Shown: positions 49,531-62,948, numbered from the whole stretch's first letter. The stretch is 63,922 nucleotides of DNA, filler included, from Octopus bimaculoides (GCF_001194135.2; 6 parts of 6 records of this genome joined end to end with filler, not necessarily neighbours in it); one strand, 5' to 3'. Translations and numbers: made by a program. Notes: generated by a model from the letters alone, not told the origin.

Positions 49531-50303
49531 ATATATTTACATTTAAATATACATGAATGTATGCATCTATATATATATATATATGCCTATTTGTTGGTTT
49601 TTGAGTATATATATTGGTTGGGTGTGCAAATGCATTGTGAATAAATACATAATTGAACAGATATATAAAGGTTATTGAAGATAGATGGCTATGAACACAT
49701 ACAATTTACTACATACGAGAATCGGCAATGTAATGCATAGAATATGATGGCACAGTATATATAGGATAAACTGGTCGAGACAGTATGTCTAATTTGGCAT
49801 TAAGGTGTGGGGTTTAAGGGACTTGGGTCTTAGGATAGAGCCATATCTACATACATGAATATATATATGCATGGGTGTATATGTGTATGTCTGCACGTAC
49901 GTATGTCTGTGTATGTGTATATATATATATTCATATAAGCATACGCAACTCATGTACTTACGTCTATGTAAATGTACATGTGTGTATGTGCTTATTTTGA
50001 AGCCACCTCCATCCTTATCTATCTATCTATCTATNNNNNNNNNNNNNNNNNNNNNNNNNNNNNNNNNNNNNNNNNNNNNNNNNNNNNNNNNNNNNNNNNN
50101 NNNNNNNNNNNNNNNNNNNNNNNNNNNNNNNNNNNNNNNNNNNNNNNNNNNNNNNNNNNNNNNNNNNNNNNNNNNNNNNNNNNNNNNNNNNNNNNNNNNN
50201 NNNNNNNNNNNNNNNNNNNNNNNNNNNNNNNNNNNNNNNNNNNNNNNNNNNNNNNNNNNNNNNNNNNNNNNNNNNNNNNNNNNNNNNNNNNNNNNNNNNN
50301 NNN

Positions 50304-50358
<55 letters not shown>

Positions 50359-51809
50359 GAGAGAGAATGAGAGAAATGGTGATGGCAGCCATTGTGTCCA
50401 GCGTGTATGGCTATCTGGGACTGGATTTGTTAGAACATTTATACCTGGAACCGATTTAAATTCCTGCAATTTCGCTCCAGTAACAAAACTCTTGCCATAA
50501 GCAATCGAATTCTTTATAACCTCCTCCAACGTCTGCTGCATACGTACAGGGCAAAGATGGAATGATATGGAGCAATTCTGAATTTACAGTTGGATATTCA
50601 ATGATATTCCGGTGGCTGCAGCATTCTGTCTACATTAGTCTTTGAAATATTAAATAGGTTGGAATGTGGAGTTGTTTGGATCGGAAGTGGTGGAGATATC
50701 GGTTAACTTTGAGCACAGGTATGCTCATACATAAATACATGCGTATGTACATGGATGCATGCATACATACATACATACAATCATACGCACACACTGTCAG
50801 ACATACATACACTCACATACATCCATACATATACATACATACATACGCACACTCACATACATACATACATCATACATATATAAATACTCACACACATACA
50901 TACATGCACATACATACATACATACGTACATACATACTTACACGGAGATTACTTACAAATAGGGTGGTGCACACACGGATTACGACACCTGCTATATAAA
51001 TCTGGGCTTTTGCCGTTGACCGCGTCACTGTAGACTCAAATACACTTTTCTCCTATTTTTTACAAATGCAAACGTAAGCACACATAGAATCCCACCCGAC
51101 GAAGCACGCACCCTAACGTACCTCTCACGCGCCAACTGGAACCCCACCCCTACGCCTTCCCTCTACTTCCATATATGCATATGCAAATGAGTACGTCATG
51201 TGAGACTACGGCTTTGCATCCAGAAAGTTCCTTTCCATATTGTCAGAGCGGGCAATGATTATCTTATCTCTTGCATTGCAAGATCCAGCTGTCTATCGTC
51301 ATAGAGACAGCAAAAGGCAAAACCATTATAAACACAAAGGAATAGAAAAAGCCTATACAAGCGGTTGCTGCGAGGACAGGAAGAGGGATGGGGGAGAAAC
51401 ACCTCAAGGTATCCATCTCCAAAGACATAATACAAATCCGCCCAATTCGCGAATTTTTACTAGATACTGTTATATTTTAAATAACATTAGAAAATTAAAT
51501 GTAAAGTTAACTGGGGCGGGATGCGAACTCAAAGTGCAGAGAGTTAAAACCAAAACGAATTATTTAATGATAGTACCTAGTCCCCGTCACAATACACTCA
51601 TAGACATACATATACAACCATGCGCGAACACAAATATTTATCCACGCACACACACACACACATACATACACATACATGCATACATACACGTAAATGCAAA
51701 CATATATACACACATTTACATACATGCACATATACATATGCGCTTGCAGAAAGACAAACATGTATAGACAAATATACAGATACATACACAAATATATATA
51801 TAAGCTTAT

Positions 51810-52021
51810 CTACTCTAGGCACAAGACCAGAAATCTTGGGGGGGGGGGGGGACTAGTTGATTACATCGACTCCAGTGGTTCACTGGTACTTAATTTATCG
51901 ACTCCGAAAGGATGAAAGGCAAAGGCGACCGCGGTTGGATTTGAACTCAGAACCGAAAGAGGGTCGAAATACCGCTAAGCATTTCGTCCGGCGTGCTAAC
52001 GTTTTTGCCGCCTCGCCGCCT
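51810..52021 (-). mobile_element. SINE family A alternative-tail subtype
   Basis: Full head to tail; degenerate flanking repeat ACACAAA(T/C)ATATAT..AGCT. Confidence 0.88.
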
Positions 52022-52383
52022 TACACAAACATATATATTAGCTCAAACACACACACAAATACATACACATGCACACATGCGCACGTATACACGGAAGCAC
52101 ATACACACGCACACATACATAGACATAAGTACATAGCGACAAGGGCGTACGCACACTTTTACCTAGAACCATTATAAATTACACCAGGATTAAATTTTGA
52201 TCGGTATTGGATCTTTCCGTGACCACCCTCGTGGCATTTTCAGTCAGAGCTAGCATAGTTAACGCGGGACTGAAATAGCTGTATCCTAAAATTGAAACCG
52301 TATCGCACTGGCACTTGTGTTTGACATGCCATCTGACGAATGGTGCAGATGATGTTATGCGAGTATCCACATATGAATATTGT

Positions 52384-52830
52384 TGGCACTCCGTCGTTTA
52401 CGACGACCAGGGTTCCAGTTGATCCGATCAACGGTACAGCCTGCTCGTGAAATTAACGTGCAAGTGGCTGAGCACTCCACAGACACGTGTACCCTTAACG
52501 TAATTCTCGGGGATATCCAGCGTGACACAGTGTGACAAGTCTGGCCCTTTGAAATACAGGTACAACAGAAACATGAATAAAGAGTGAAAGAAAGTTGTGG
52601 TGGAAGAGTACAGCAGGGTTCGCCACCATCCCCTGTCGGAGCCTCGTGGAGCTTTTAGGTGTTTTCGCTCAATAAACACTCACACCGCCCGGTCTGGGAA
52701 TCGAAANNNNNNNNNNGAGCTTTTAGGTGTTTTCGCTCAATAAACACTCACACCGCCCGGTCTGGGAATCGAAACCGCGATGCTATGACCGCGAGTCCGC
52801 TGCCCTAACCACTGGACCATTGCGCCTCCA
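52384..52830 (-). mobile_element. SINE family C, near full length
   Basis: Head TGGAGGCGCAATGGTCCAGTGGTTAGGGCAGCGG; contains an assembly-duplicated 58 bp around a 10-N gap. Confidence 0.9.
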
Positions 52831-52924
52831 TGCATATGAATATACACACATAGATATATACATATATACAGTCGCACTCAGACACACGGAGCATACTCCG
52901 TCTTTAACCATAACTGTTAAAAAT

Positions 52925-52987
<63 letters not shown>

Positions 52988-54210
52988 CTCTCACATGTAT
53001 ATATGCATATGTATATATGTATCTATAAATATACACAGACATATTTATCTATCTGTGTGTGTGTGTGTGTGTGTATTCACATTTCTGTATATTCAGTTAT
53101 TTTGGTTGTATTGAACTTCGGGAGAAACTCGAAGTCCCAATCAACATTAATTTCATATTAAATTTAACTCTGCTCTCCGTGTTAAGGCGACCACTGCCGC
53201 TCTGTTGCCGTTCCGTCGCTCTTCTTAAACTTGCTTTAATATAATAACCTTAGTTTAAAACGCACACACACACACGCGGCTATGCACACACAGACAGAGA
53301 CTCGCAAGCACACACATAGATACACAACATACATATATATATATATATATANNNNNNNNNNNNNNNNNNNNNNNNNNNNNNNNNNNNNNNNNNNNNNNNN
53401 NNNNNNNNNNNNNNNNNNNNNNNNNNNNNNNNNNNNNNNNNNNNNNNNNNNNNNNNNNNNNNNNNNNNNNNNNNNNNNNNNNNNNNNNNNNNNNNNNNNN
53501 NNNNNNNNNNNNNNNNNNNNNNNNNNNNNNNNNNNNNNNNNNNNNNNNNNNNNNNNNNNNNNNNNNNNNNNNNNNNNNNNNNNNNNNNNNNNNNNNNNNN
53601 NNNNNNNNNNNNNNNNNNNNNNNNNNNNNNNNNNNNNNNNNNNNNNNNNNNNNNNNNNNNNNNNNNNNNNNNNNNNNNNNNNNNNNNNNNNNNNNNNNNN
53701 NNNNNNNNNNNNNNNNNNNNNNNNNNNNNNNNNNNNNNNNNNNNNNNNNNNNNNNNNNNNNNNNNNNNNNNNNNNNNNNNNNNNNNNNNNNNNNNNNNNN
53801 NNNNNNNNNNNNNNNNNNNNNNNNNNNNNNNNNNNNNNNNNNNNNNNNNNNNNNNNNNNNNNNNNNNNNNNNNNNNNNNNNNNNNNNNNNNNNNNNNNNN
53901 NNNNNNNNNNNNNNNNNNNNNNNNNNNNNNNNNNNNNNNNNNNNNNNNNNNNNNNNNNNNNNNNNNNNNNNNNNNNNNNNNNNNNNNNNNNNNNNNNNNN
54001 NNNNNNNNNNNNNNNNNNNNNNNNNNNNNNNNNNNNNNNATATATATATATATATATATATATAGTCATTAGGACGGACGCCATGTACTCCTGAGACCTC
54101 TTGCGGCTATCTTGTAAAATGAGATACATGAGTAAGATAGACAGATAAATGATAAATAGATAGATGGATAGACAGATAGATAGATAGATAGAGAGACAAA
54201 TAGAGATATA

Positions 54211-54272
<62 letters not shown>

Positions 54273-54746
54273 GAGAAAGAGAATAGAGAGATAAGTCGAT
54301 TGATGGGTACGTAGATAGAAAGAGAAGTTGACAGATAGATTTAAGGATGCATGTATGATGTATGGATCGCTGAACGAATGGTTGGATGTATGGATTGGTG
54401 AATGCTCGGATGGAAGTGTGGAGAATGTATGTTCAAGTAAGTCTATATGTTTGAAGTAAAGATGTGTGTGTATTATTTGTGAAAATATAAACGCTATATA
54501 TCCAACACAGGCGCTCACACACATAAATAGTCACTCTCTTTCACATGTACTTATATAAACACATACATTCCTTCATCTCCTCCGTCTCACCCTTACACAT
54601 ATACATGCACATACATATATACGTTCACACACGTTTTTGAGAGTGAGAATTACTTGCTCAACGTTTCCTATACACACTTTAAGATGACAGTCGCCGAATA
54701 TACAAGTTATATGTCTGTCTGTATGTAATTATATACGTATTTGTCT

Positions 54747-55508
54747 GGTGCAGGCATACACGTGAATACACAGAAGCTTGCTGTCCAACTACATGGCTCT
54801 GAGTTCAATCCCACTGCGTGGCACCTTGCATAAGTGTCTTCCACTACAGCCTCGGGCCAACCAAAGCCTTCTGAGTGAATTTGGTAGACGGAAACTGAAA
54901 GAAGCCCGTCGTATATATATATATANNNNNNNNNNNNNNNNNNNNNNNNNNNNNNNNNNNNNNNNNNNNNNNNNNNNNNNNNNNNNNNNNNNNNNNNNNN
55001 NNNNNNNNNNNNNNNNNNNNNNNNNNNNNNNNNNNNNNNNNNNNNNNNNNNNNNNNNNNNNNNNNNNNNNNNNNNNNNNNNNNNNNNNNNNNNNNNNNNN
55101 NNNNNNNNNNNNNNNNNNNNNNNNNNNNNNNNNNNNNNNNNNNNNNNNNNNNNNNNNNNNNNNNNNNNNNNNNNNNNNNNNNNNNNNNNNNNNNNNNNNN
55201 NNNNNNNNNNNNNNNNNNNNNNNNNNNNNNNNNNNNNNNNNNNNNNNNNTATATATATATATATATATATATATACAGACACACACACACACACACACAC
55301 ACGTGTGCATATATATCTATGTGTGTGTGTGTCTCACATTCCGACCCCGTCACCGCTTGACAACCGGTGTTGTTGTGTTTATGTTCTGGCATAAAAGACC
55401 GATAAAATAAGTATCAGGCTTAAAAATATAAGTCCCGGCGTCGATTTGTTCGACTAAAAGATGGTGCTCCATCATGCCCTCAGTCACATGACTGAATCAA
55501 GTAAAATG
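54747..55508 (+). mobile_element. SINE family B spanning an N gap
   Basis: Head to GAAGCCCGTCGTATATA, gap, then CACCGCTTGACAACCGG...ATGACTGAATCAAGTAAAA. Confidence 0.85.
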
Positions 55509-55789
55509 AAAATATAAAAAAAATGTATTCGTACATTAGCTTACACATATGCGGGCTACTCACATACACTCGTATATATGTAAGCATTCATCTATCTACC
55601 AATGCATATACATATATACATTTATATATGTATATACACACACATACACACATGTACATATTTATGTGTGAGTGTGTGTAAGCAGGTATCATGCCTATAG
55701 ATAATAAACATACACAAATGCATACAGTCACACACACAAACACGTTTTCCCCATCCAGATATATATTATATATATATGGTTATATATTG

Positions 55790-56274
55790 GTTTCAAATTG
55801 TGTGACACAAGGGCAGCATTTTCTGGGAAGGGTGTAGATCGATTATATCGACCCCAGTGCATAACTGGTACTTATTTAATCGACACGGAAAAGATAAAAG
55901 ACAAACATCGACATCCTCGGCGGAATTTGAACTCTGAACGTAAGAGCAGACGAAATACCGCTGAGCATATTGCCTGGCGTGCTAACGATTCCGCCAGCTC
56001 GCTACCGTTTTTCCATATCTATATTTATATCTTTATTGCCCATAGGGAAATAAACATAGGGGGGTGGACAAACATAGAGAGGACAAACAGGGACAGACAA
56101 ATGGATTAAGTCGATAACATCGACTCCAGTGCCTAACTGGTACTTATTTAATCGACCCCGAAAAAATGAAAGGCAAAGTCGACCTCGGTGCAATTTGAAC
56201 TCAGAACGTAACGGCAGACAAAATACCGCTAAGCATTTCGCCCGGCGTGCTAACAATTCCGCCAGCTCGCTGCC
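55790..56274 (-). mobile_element. Two tandem family A SINEs (about 55790-56007 and 56028-56274) with different tails
   Basis: Two complete head blocks ending GCCAGCTCGCT(A/G)CC. Confidence 0.88.
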
Positions 56275-56569
56275 GTATTTCGTTATATATATTGACATAT
56301 TACTGTATACAATAACAACTATATTGGTAAGTTTGATATAAGTTTATCTTACAATAAATCTCTCTGTAATCATTCTGACGGGCGACTTGTACTCATACGA
56401 GCTATTATAGAGAGGGGTGGATTAAACAACGCACCCGTAACCTGTAAAGACNNNNNNNNNNNNNNNNNNNNNNNNNNNNNNNNNNNNNNNNNNNNTTAAT
56501 TAATTAANNNNNNNNNNNNNNNNNNNNNNNNNNNNNNNNNNNNNNNNNNNNTATACGCACACATATACA

Positions 56570-56714
56570 CGACGGGTTTCTTTCAGTTTCTGTCTGTATC
56601 AGATCCACTGAGGCTATAGTTAAAGAAACTTGCCTAAGGTGCCGTGATGAGGACTGAACCTGGAACTATGTGGTTAGAAAACAAACTTCTTACCATACAG
56701 CCACGCTAGCGCCT
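56570..56714 (-). mobile_element. SINE family B 5' half
   Basis: CGACGGGTTTCTTTCAGTTTC...GGACTGAACCTGGAAC...CTTACCATACAGCCACGCTAGCGCC. Confidence 0.8.
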
Positions 56715-57372
56715 ATGCTGATATAGAATGCAACATTTTTCAATTGTCGAATACGGAACAAGAAAATCAACAAGAATACAATACTAGTAAATATTTTATC
56801 CTTCTTTCAATTGTAATTTGCTTTTCAATAGAAATTATTCTTTCATTAACAATTTAAAAAATCTAAACAGCTTAAATATCTTCGCTAAACAAGCACAGTA
56901 TCTTTACAATGCTTGGACCATATTATTGATTGAAACGAATGTCATTCAAGTGTTTGTGAAAAGTGTTTTCGATAGATTGTTTCATGAAACTTAGAAATAG
57001 AAGAAACTAAGCGAAAAAAAAATGCGCAAGGAAGGAAAGGAAGGCAATGAGACGCCAAAGTTAATAATAATTAGATTATAATTACTGCATGAACGCCTTA
57101 TATCCTCATTGTATCAGAAGTATACTTCCAAAATCACTGGTCGTGCGGCAAAAATGTATCCTATGCATTCACAAATATGTGAAAAGAGAGAGAGAGAAGA
57201 GGGCCTGAGATAGCTAGATACTTTGGAAAAAAATACGATTGATTGGTAGTTTAGTTATTGACCCAGACAGGAAGAAAGGTAAAGCTGGTTTTAGTGGTAC
57301 TTAAACTCAGAATGCTGATTATCTGCACAAATAAAATAAGACATTTCATGTGGTGCTAATTCTGTCTATCTG

Positions 57373-57435
<63 letters not shown>

Positions 57436-57548
57436 GTCTGTCTGTCTATCAGTTTGTGTCTCTGTCTATCAGTTTGTGTCTCTGTCTATCTATCAATATG
57501 TATATGTGCGTTGGGTGTGTGTATGTTGTGTGTGTAAGTGTGAGTTGG

Positions 57549-57608
<60 letters not shown>

Positions 57609-59301
57609 NNNNNNNNNNNNNNNNNNNNNNNNNNNNNNNNNNNNNNNNNNNNNNNNNNNNNNNNNNNNNNNNNNNNNNNNNNNNNNNNNNNNNNNNNNNN
57701 NNNNNNNNNNNNNNNNNNNNNNNNNNNNNNNNNNNNNNNNNNNNNNNNNNNNNNNNNNNNNNNNNNNNNNNNNNNNNNNNNNNNNNNNNNNNNNNNNNNN
57801 NNNNNNNNNNNNNNNNNNNNNNNNNNNNNNNNNNNNNNNNNNNNNNNNNNNNNNNNNNNNNNNNNNNNNNNNNNNNNNNNNNNNNNNNNNNNNNNNNNNN
57901 NNNNNNNNNNNNNNNNNNNNNNNNNNNNNNNNNNNNNNNNNNNNNNNNNNNNNNNNNNNNNNNNNNNNNNNNNNNNNNNNNNNNNNNNNNNNNNNNNNNN
58001 NNNNNNNNNNNNNNNNNNNNNNNNNNNNNNNNNNNNNNNNNNNNNNNNNNNNNNNNNNNNNNNNNNNNNNNNNNNNNNNNNNNNNNNNNNNNNNNNNNNN
58101 NNNNNNNNNNNNNNNNNNNNNNNNNNNNNNNNNNNNNNNNATATATATATACACATACATATATATATACATACACACAGACATGTGTGTATGTGTAGTC
58201 AACACCACCTCTTCCTCCACCACTAGCAATACACCTCCCTCCCACTTCTTGTACCACAATCAACGTGAACCAACAAAATGAAAAGCCCTTACTTGGTTGC
58301 TCAACCCGCAAGAAATAGCAGCGAAATCTCTCTTTCTCCCCTAAAAATAGTCACAACTTAGTGACTAAAAAACCTGATGGAATGCTTTTGATAATAGGTC
58401 TGCTCGATCAAGTCTGTCTTTGGGCCAAACGAAAACCCACCAACACCTCTACCACTACAACGTCCACCAATGCGACACTATTACTGCAGCACCAAAACTG
58501 CAACGATCACCACCAACAATAACAACATCAACAATAACAACAACAGCTACAGCAACAACGGCAACAGCACAACCATTGCAACTATAACCACCAGGGAAAC
58601 AATGATCACCCTGTAACCACGTGCACCACACTATTGCTATTACCAAAAGCAGAAACTCATTACACCACGACGAGATGCGACACGAGACAACGTTATGTTC
58701 CACCATCACCACAAACAACAACAGCCACAACAACAATGGCCAGTAACAACCAAAAGCAACAATAACAAAAATAACATTGACAGCAAAAAAAAAAAACACT
58801 ATGACGTGGCAAGGGCAGTTCCTGAGTCTCGAACCCTCCACCACTACGGTCAAATCAGGGTTGTTGTATTACGAAGAGGACAACGCGAGAAGTGATTACT
58901 CACATAAAACCCTTCACAGAGTAAAGGGGCCCAAATACCGCCAAATGTCACGTTTGCTCCCTTTTATCATGCTCCCTACGCCGCCCCTCCTCCCCGCCGC
59001 CACTACCACCACCACCACGCGCAGCTTTCTTTTCCTTTTTTGTGCGTGTGTGTTTACATTCATACATACATACACACATACGCACACATACACACACACA
59101 TACATACNNNNNNNNNNNNNNNNNNNNNNNNNNNNNNNNNNNNNNNNNNNNTTAATTAATTAANNNNNNNNNNNNNNNNNNNNNNNNNNNNNNNNNNNNN
59201 NNNNNNNATATATATATATATATACAAGGTCTTTCGTCTTATCCATCTTTTCGCCGTTTAATTTACATCTTCATCTTTATTCCCTTTTTGTTTCGTCTAA
59301 G

Positions 59302-59364
59302 ACACTGTATAACGAGATCGATCCATTGGCAGGATAACCCGAAGGCCAAGGAAATAAGAACACG
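59302..59364 (+). CDS. Candidate 63-nt exon (unknown gene)
   Basis: TTCCCTTTTTGTTTCGTCTAAG| ... ACG|GTATGG; only one open frame (HCITRSIHWQDNPKAKEIRT), phase 2/2. Confidence 0.25.
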
Positions 59365-61355
59365 GTATGGTAGAAGCCATAGTCCCTCATAATAAAAAGG
59401 AGTACTGTTAGAATGTCCCAGTGAAAACTTCTGTAAAATGTAAGCACAACAGGCTCGACATAGTGATTTGGGATTGAGAAGACAAACTGTGTAGTTGTGG
59501 CAATCAGTAGCCCAGCCGTTGCGAAATAAACTTCTTACCCCACAGCCACGCTTGGATCGACAGGTAAAATTCTATTCCGGCTGACCGACGTCATTATATC
59601 GTAGGACTCATGCGTTTCCGCTCGTCAGCGACGGAATCCAACTCAGCCCGATAGGAAGAGATCCATCCTTTCATCATACGGATATGCAAAATGCAAAAAT
59701 GCGTCATCAAGCTAGACTTCAATTAGTAATGTTGCACGAAACAATGTAACTTTAAACATTCTTTTCTNNNNNNNNNNNNNNNNNNNNNNNNNNNNNNNNN
59801 NNNNNNNNNNNNNNNNNNNNNNNNNNNNNNNNNNNNNNNNNNNNNNNNNNNNNNNNNNNNNNNNNNNNNNNNNNNNNNNNNNNNNNNNNNNNNNNNNNNN
59901 NNNNNNNNNNNNNNNNNNNNNNNNNNNNNNNNNNNNNNNNNNNNNNNNNNNNNNNNNNNNNNNNNNNNNNNNNNNNNNNNNNNNNNNNNNNNNNNNNNNN
60001 NNNNNNNNNNNNNNNNNNNNNNNNNNNNNNNNNNNNNNNNNNNNNNNNNNNNNNNNNNNNNNNNNNNNNNNNNNNNNNNNNNNNNNNNNNNNNNNNNNNN
60101 NNNNNNNNNNNNNNNNNNNNNNNNNNNNNNNNNNNNNNNNNNNNNNNNNNNNNNNNNNNNNNNNNNNNNNNNNNNNNNNNNNNNNNNNNNNNNNNNNNNN
60201 NNNNNNNNNNNNNNNNNNNNNNNNNNNNNNNNNNNNNNNNNNNNNNNNNNNNNNNNNNNNNNNNNNNNNNNNNNNNNNNNNNNNNNNNNNNNNNNNNNNN
60301 NNNNNNNNNNNNNNNNNNNNNNNNNNNNNNNNNNNNNNNNNNNNNNNNNNNNNNNNNNNNNNNNNNNNNNNNNNNNNNNNNNNNNNNNNNNNNNNNNNNN
60401 NNNNNNNNNNNNNNNNNNNNNNNNNNNNNNNNNNNNNNNNNNNNNNNNNNNNNNNNNNNNNNNNNNNNNNNNNNNNNNNNNNNNNNNNNNNNNNNNNNNN
60501 NNNNNNNNNNNNNNNNNNNNNNNNNNNNNNNNNNNNNNNNNNNNNNNNNNNNNNNNNNNNNNNNNNNNNNNNNNNNNNNNNNNNNNNNNNNNNNNNNNNN
60601 NNNNNNNNNNNNNNNNNNNNGTGTGTGTGTGTGTGTGTGTAAATTGAGATTAAGGTAAAAAAAACACCTGTTTGAATGCTATGCAAAGCTTATCCACAGT
60701 TATTGGCTACCTGATGTCATCATACAGTTTAAATGCTTCTGCTACTGGGTATACAAGAGGAATTCCATAGCGTCCGTAGAGTTTATATAAATAGAAAAAC
60801 GACATAAAATGGAATTAATGACATTCTTTATTTTAAAATCACTACAATCGTGTCGAAACATTTTTAAACCTGTAGTTTATAGGTGAAATATTGTGTAGTC
60901 AATTACTTTACATTTCAGGTGCAGAATGTACCTCTTCAGGTGACTGTTTAAACAAGTTCCTCGCTATATCCTCTCGTCATCTCATTCAGTTTAACAATGT
61001 AGACATGGATTGCGGTTTAATAATGTGTATGTAAAGTGATCGTATGAAGAATCTCGTTTGAATTTTAAAAATTTCATTTTCTCTCATTGTATGTATGTAT
61101 GCATTGTGTGTATATATGTACGNNNNNNNNNNNNNNNNNNNNNNNNNNNNNNNNNNNNNNNNNNNNTTAATTAATTAANNNNNNNNNNNNNNNNNNNNNN
61201 NNNNNNNNNNNNNNNNNNNNNNTATATATATACATATATATATATAAAATTTGCATAGACCCTCTTCTGTATTTGTATGGATCATAGTGTACTTATGCAC
61301 TTAGACGCACGTGGGTACATACATACCTACATACACACAAACATATGTGATTTTT

Positions 61356-61392
<37 letters not shown>

Positions 61393-61709
61393 TTTGTGTG
61401 TACAGTGATGGATGCTAGCGTTTCGGTTATTTATGAGATGATATTTAAAAAAAAATCACCGGAGTATAAATATCCTACAGCAAACTACAGTCCCTTTGGA
61501 TTTCCCTGCCATAATTGAAAGACCTTGAAAACAACTCTCAAAATTCTATGCAATATTTTATCAAGTTTATCTTAGCTGTCATCTCCTCAGGCTTCTAATC
61601 TTTTAGTAAAACACTTAAACAGCTGAATCCAGTTCAATGAAAAAGCATGGAAAGCAACGCATTGAAAGCAACACAATGAGTACGAAAATATTTATTTGCG
61701 CATGGTTAA

Positions 61710-62237
61710 TGTTGCTAGAATTATTACCGTATTGAAATACACTCACACATATCTAAAGCTATATCACTGGCAATTTGTGCCCCTGCATTGTTAATTCTTT
61801 TTAATACGTCATTACTAGCGTATCTGTGTTTGCTGTGTAATTCCTTCTTAATCATAGACTTCTATAGCTCAATATCCAGAATGTGAATGCTACTTCATTT
61901 GTCCGCTGGTACAAGTATGCCCGAAGCTTTCTTTAGACGACAAGTAATTTTCTGATTGCCTGGTGATGTATATTACACCTTCTAGCGTACTTTCTTGACT
62001 TCACGTTCTTAACCAAACTATATAATTCTTCTTCAAATCTGGTAAGGAGTTGGTTAGTCGATGGATTCATCTACATTTCAATACTTTTCTTAGTAGGTCA
62101 CCATGTTCAGGTTTTTCGTTTTGTTTACACTTCTTATTATGAAAGAAATCTTTCCACTGCATTGTACATACAAATTGGTTCGTTTTCTGCAAATAATCAT
62201 TCCTACAGGGTATAGGTATGTCCTTTAGCGAACCATC
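61710..62237 (-). mobile_element. Penelope-like element N-terminal ORF relic
   Basis: SLKDIPIPCRNDYL...MQWKDFF, LLTRFEEELYSLVKNVKSRK, GILVPADK and INNAGAQIASDIALD match the pre-RT region of Penelope-like elements as I recall it; stops and frameshifts present. Confidence 0.75.
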
Positions 62238-62948
62238 AAGTGTTATGTGTTATTTTATCCATCATATTACTACGCTACCGTATAGCACCTTTCTCAGGGA
62301 AAGTAGAAATTGGTTATGGTTAATGGATAATAAAACGAATGATTTACAACTGGTAGCTTACTGGTAAAGCACGGTCACTTTCACAGCGACCGCTATGTTT
62401 ATGGCGAATGAAAGACAGGAGGTAAAACATACGAGAGTTCATTCCTCATGACAATGATTTCGGCACATCTAGCATCGATCATTCATAAGAGAGTCTTTTT
62501 TTTGTTACTTTTACTGCTTTGTCTATCAGGCCCTAACATATCTATGTGCATTTACAAACAAGTGCACTAGTTTTTTGCATATATGCGTAAGATTATTTGG
62601 ATTTGTTAACATAGGAATATGAATGTGCGTATGTGTAATAATGTATTAAACATGTATATTATATGATATATTTCGCCACGATAATTCAAAATGAAATGGG
62701 TACATCACNNNNNNNNNNTATATATATATATATACATATAATGTAAATGTTGCACACATTTTGTGTAAGATGTTATATTATTACATAATGTATGAACACT
62801 ATCGTTCTATAATACGTATTGAATATACCATGGGTCATGTTAATCTATCAATGCAAACATCTTATATTTCTTTGCTCTTATGGTGAAAGTAAATTATTTG
62901 ATTTTCTATTCTTATTTAAGTAATATGTTCCTCTCTCTTTCTCTCTAG

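Noticed and set aside
52649-52774. 58-bp exact direct duplication
   Set aside because: The copies flank a 10-N gap inside a SINE, typical of an unmerged contig overlap.
709-60686. Many long ORFs in the track (poly-X, YIYI, HTHT, CVCV, LSLS)
   Set aside because: They run through N gaps or dinucleotide microsatellites that lack stop codons; no protein information.
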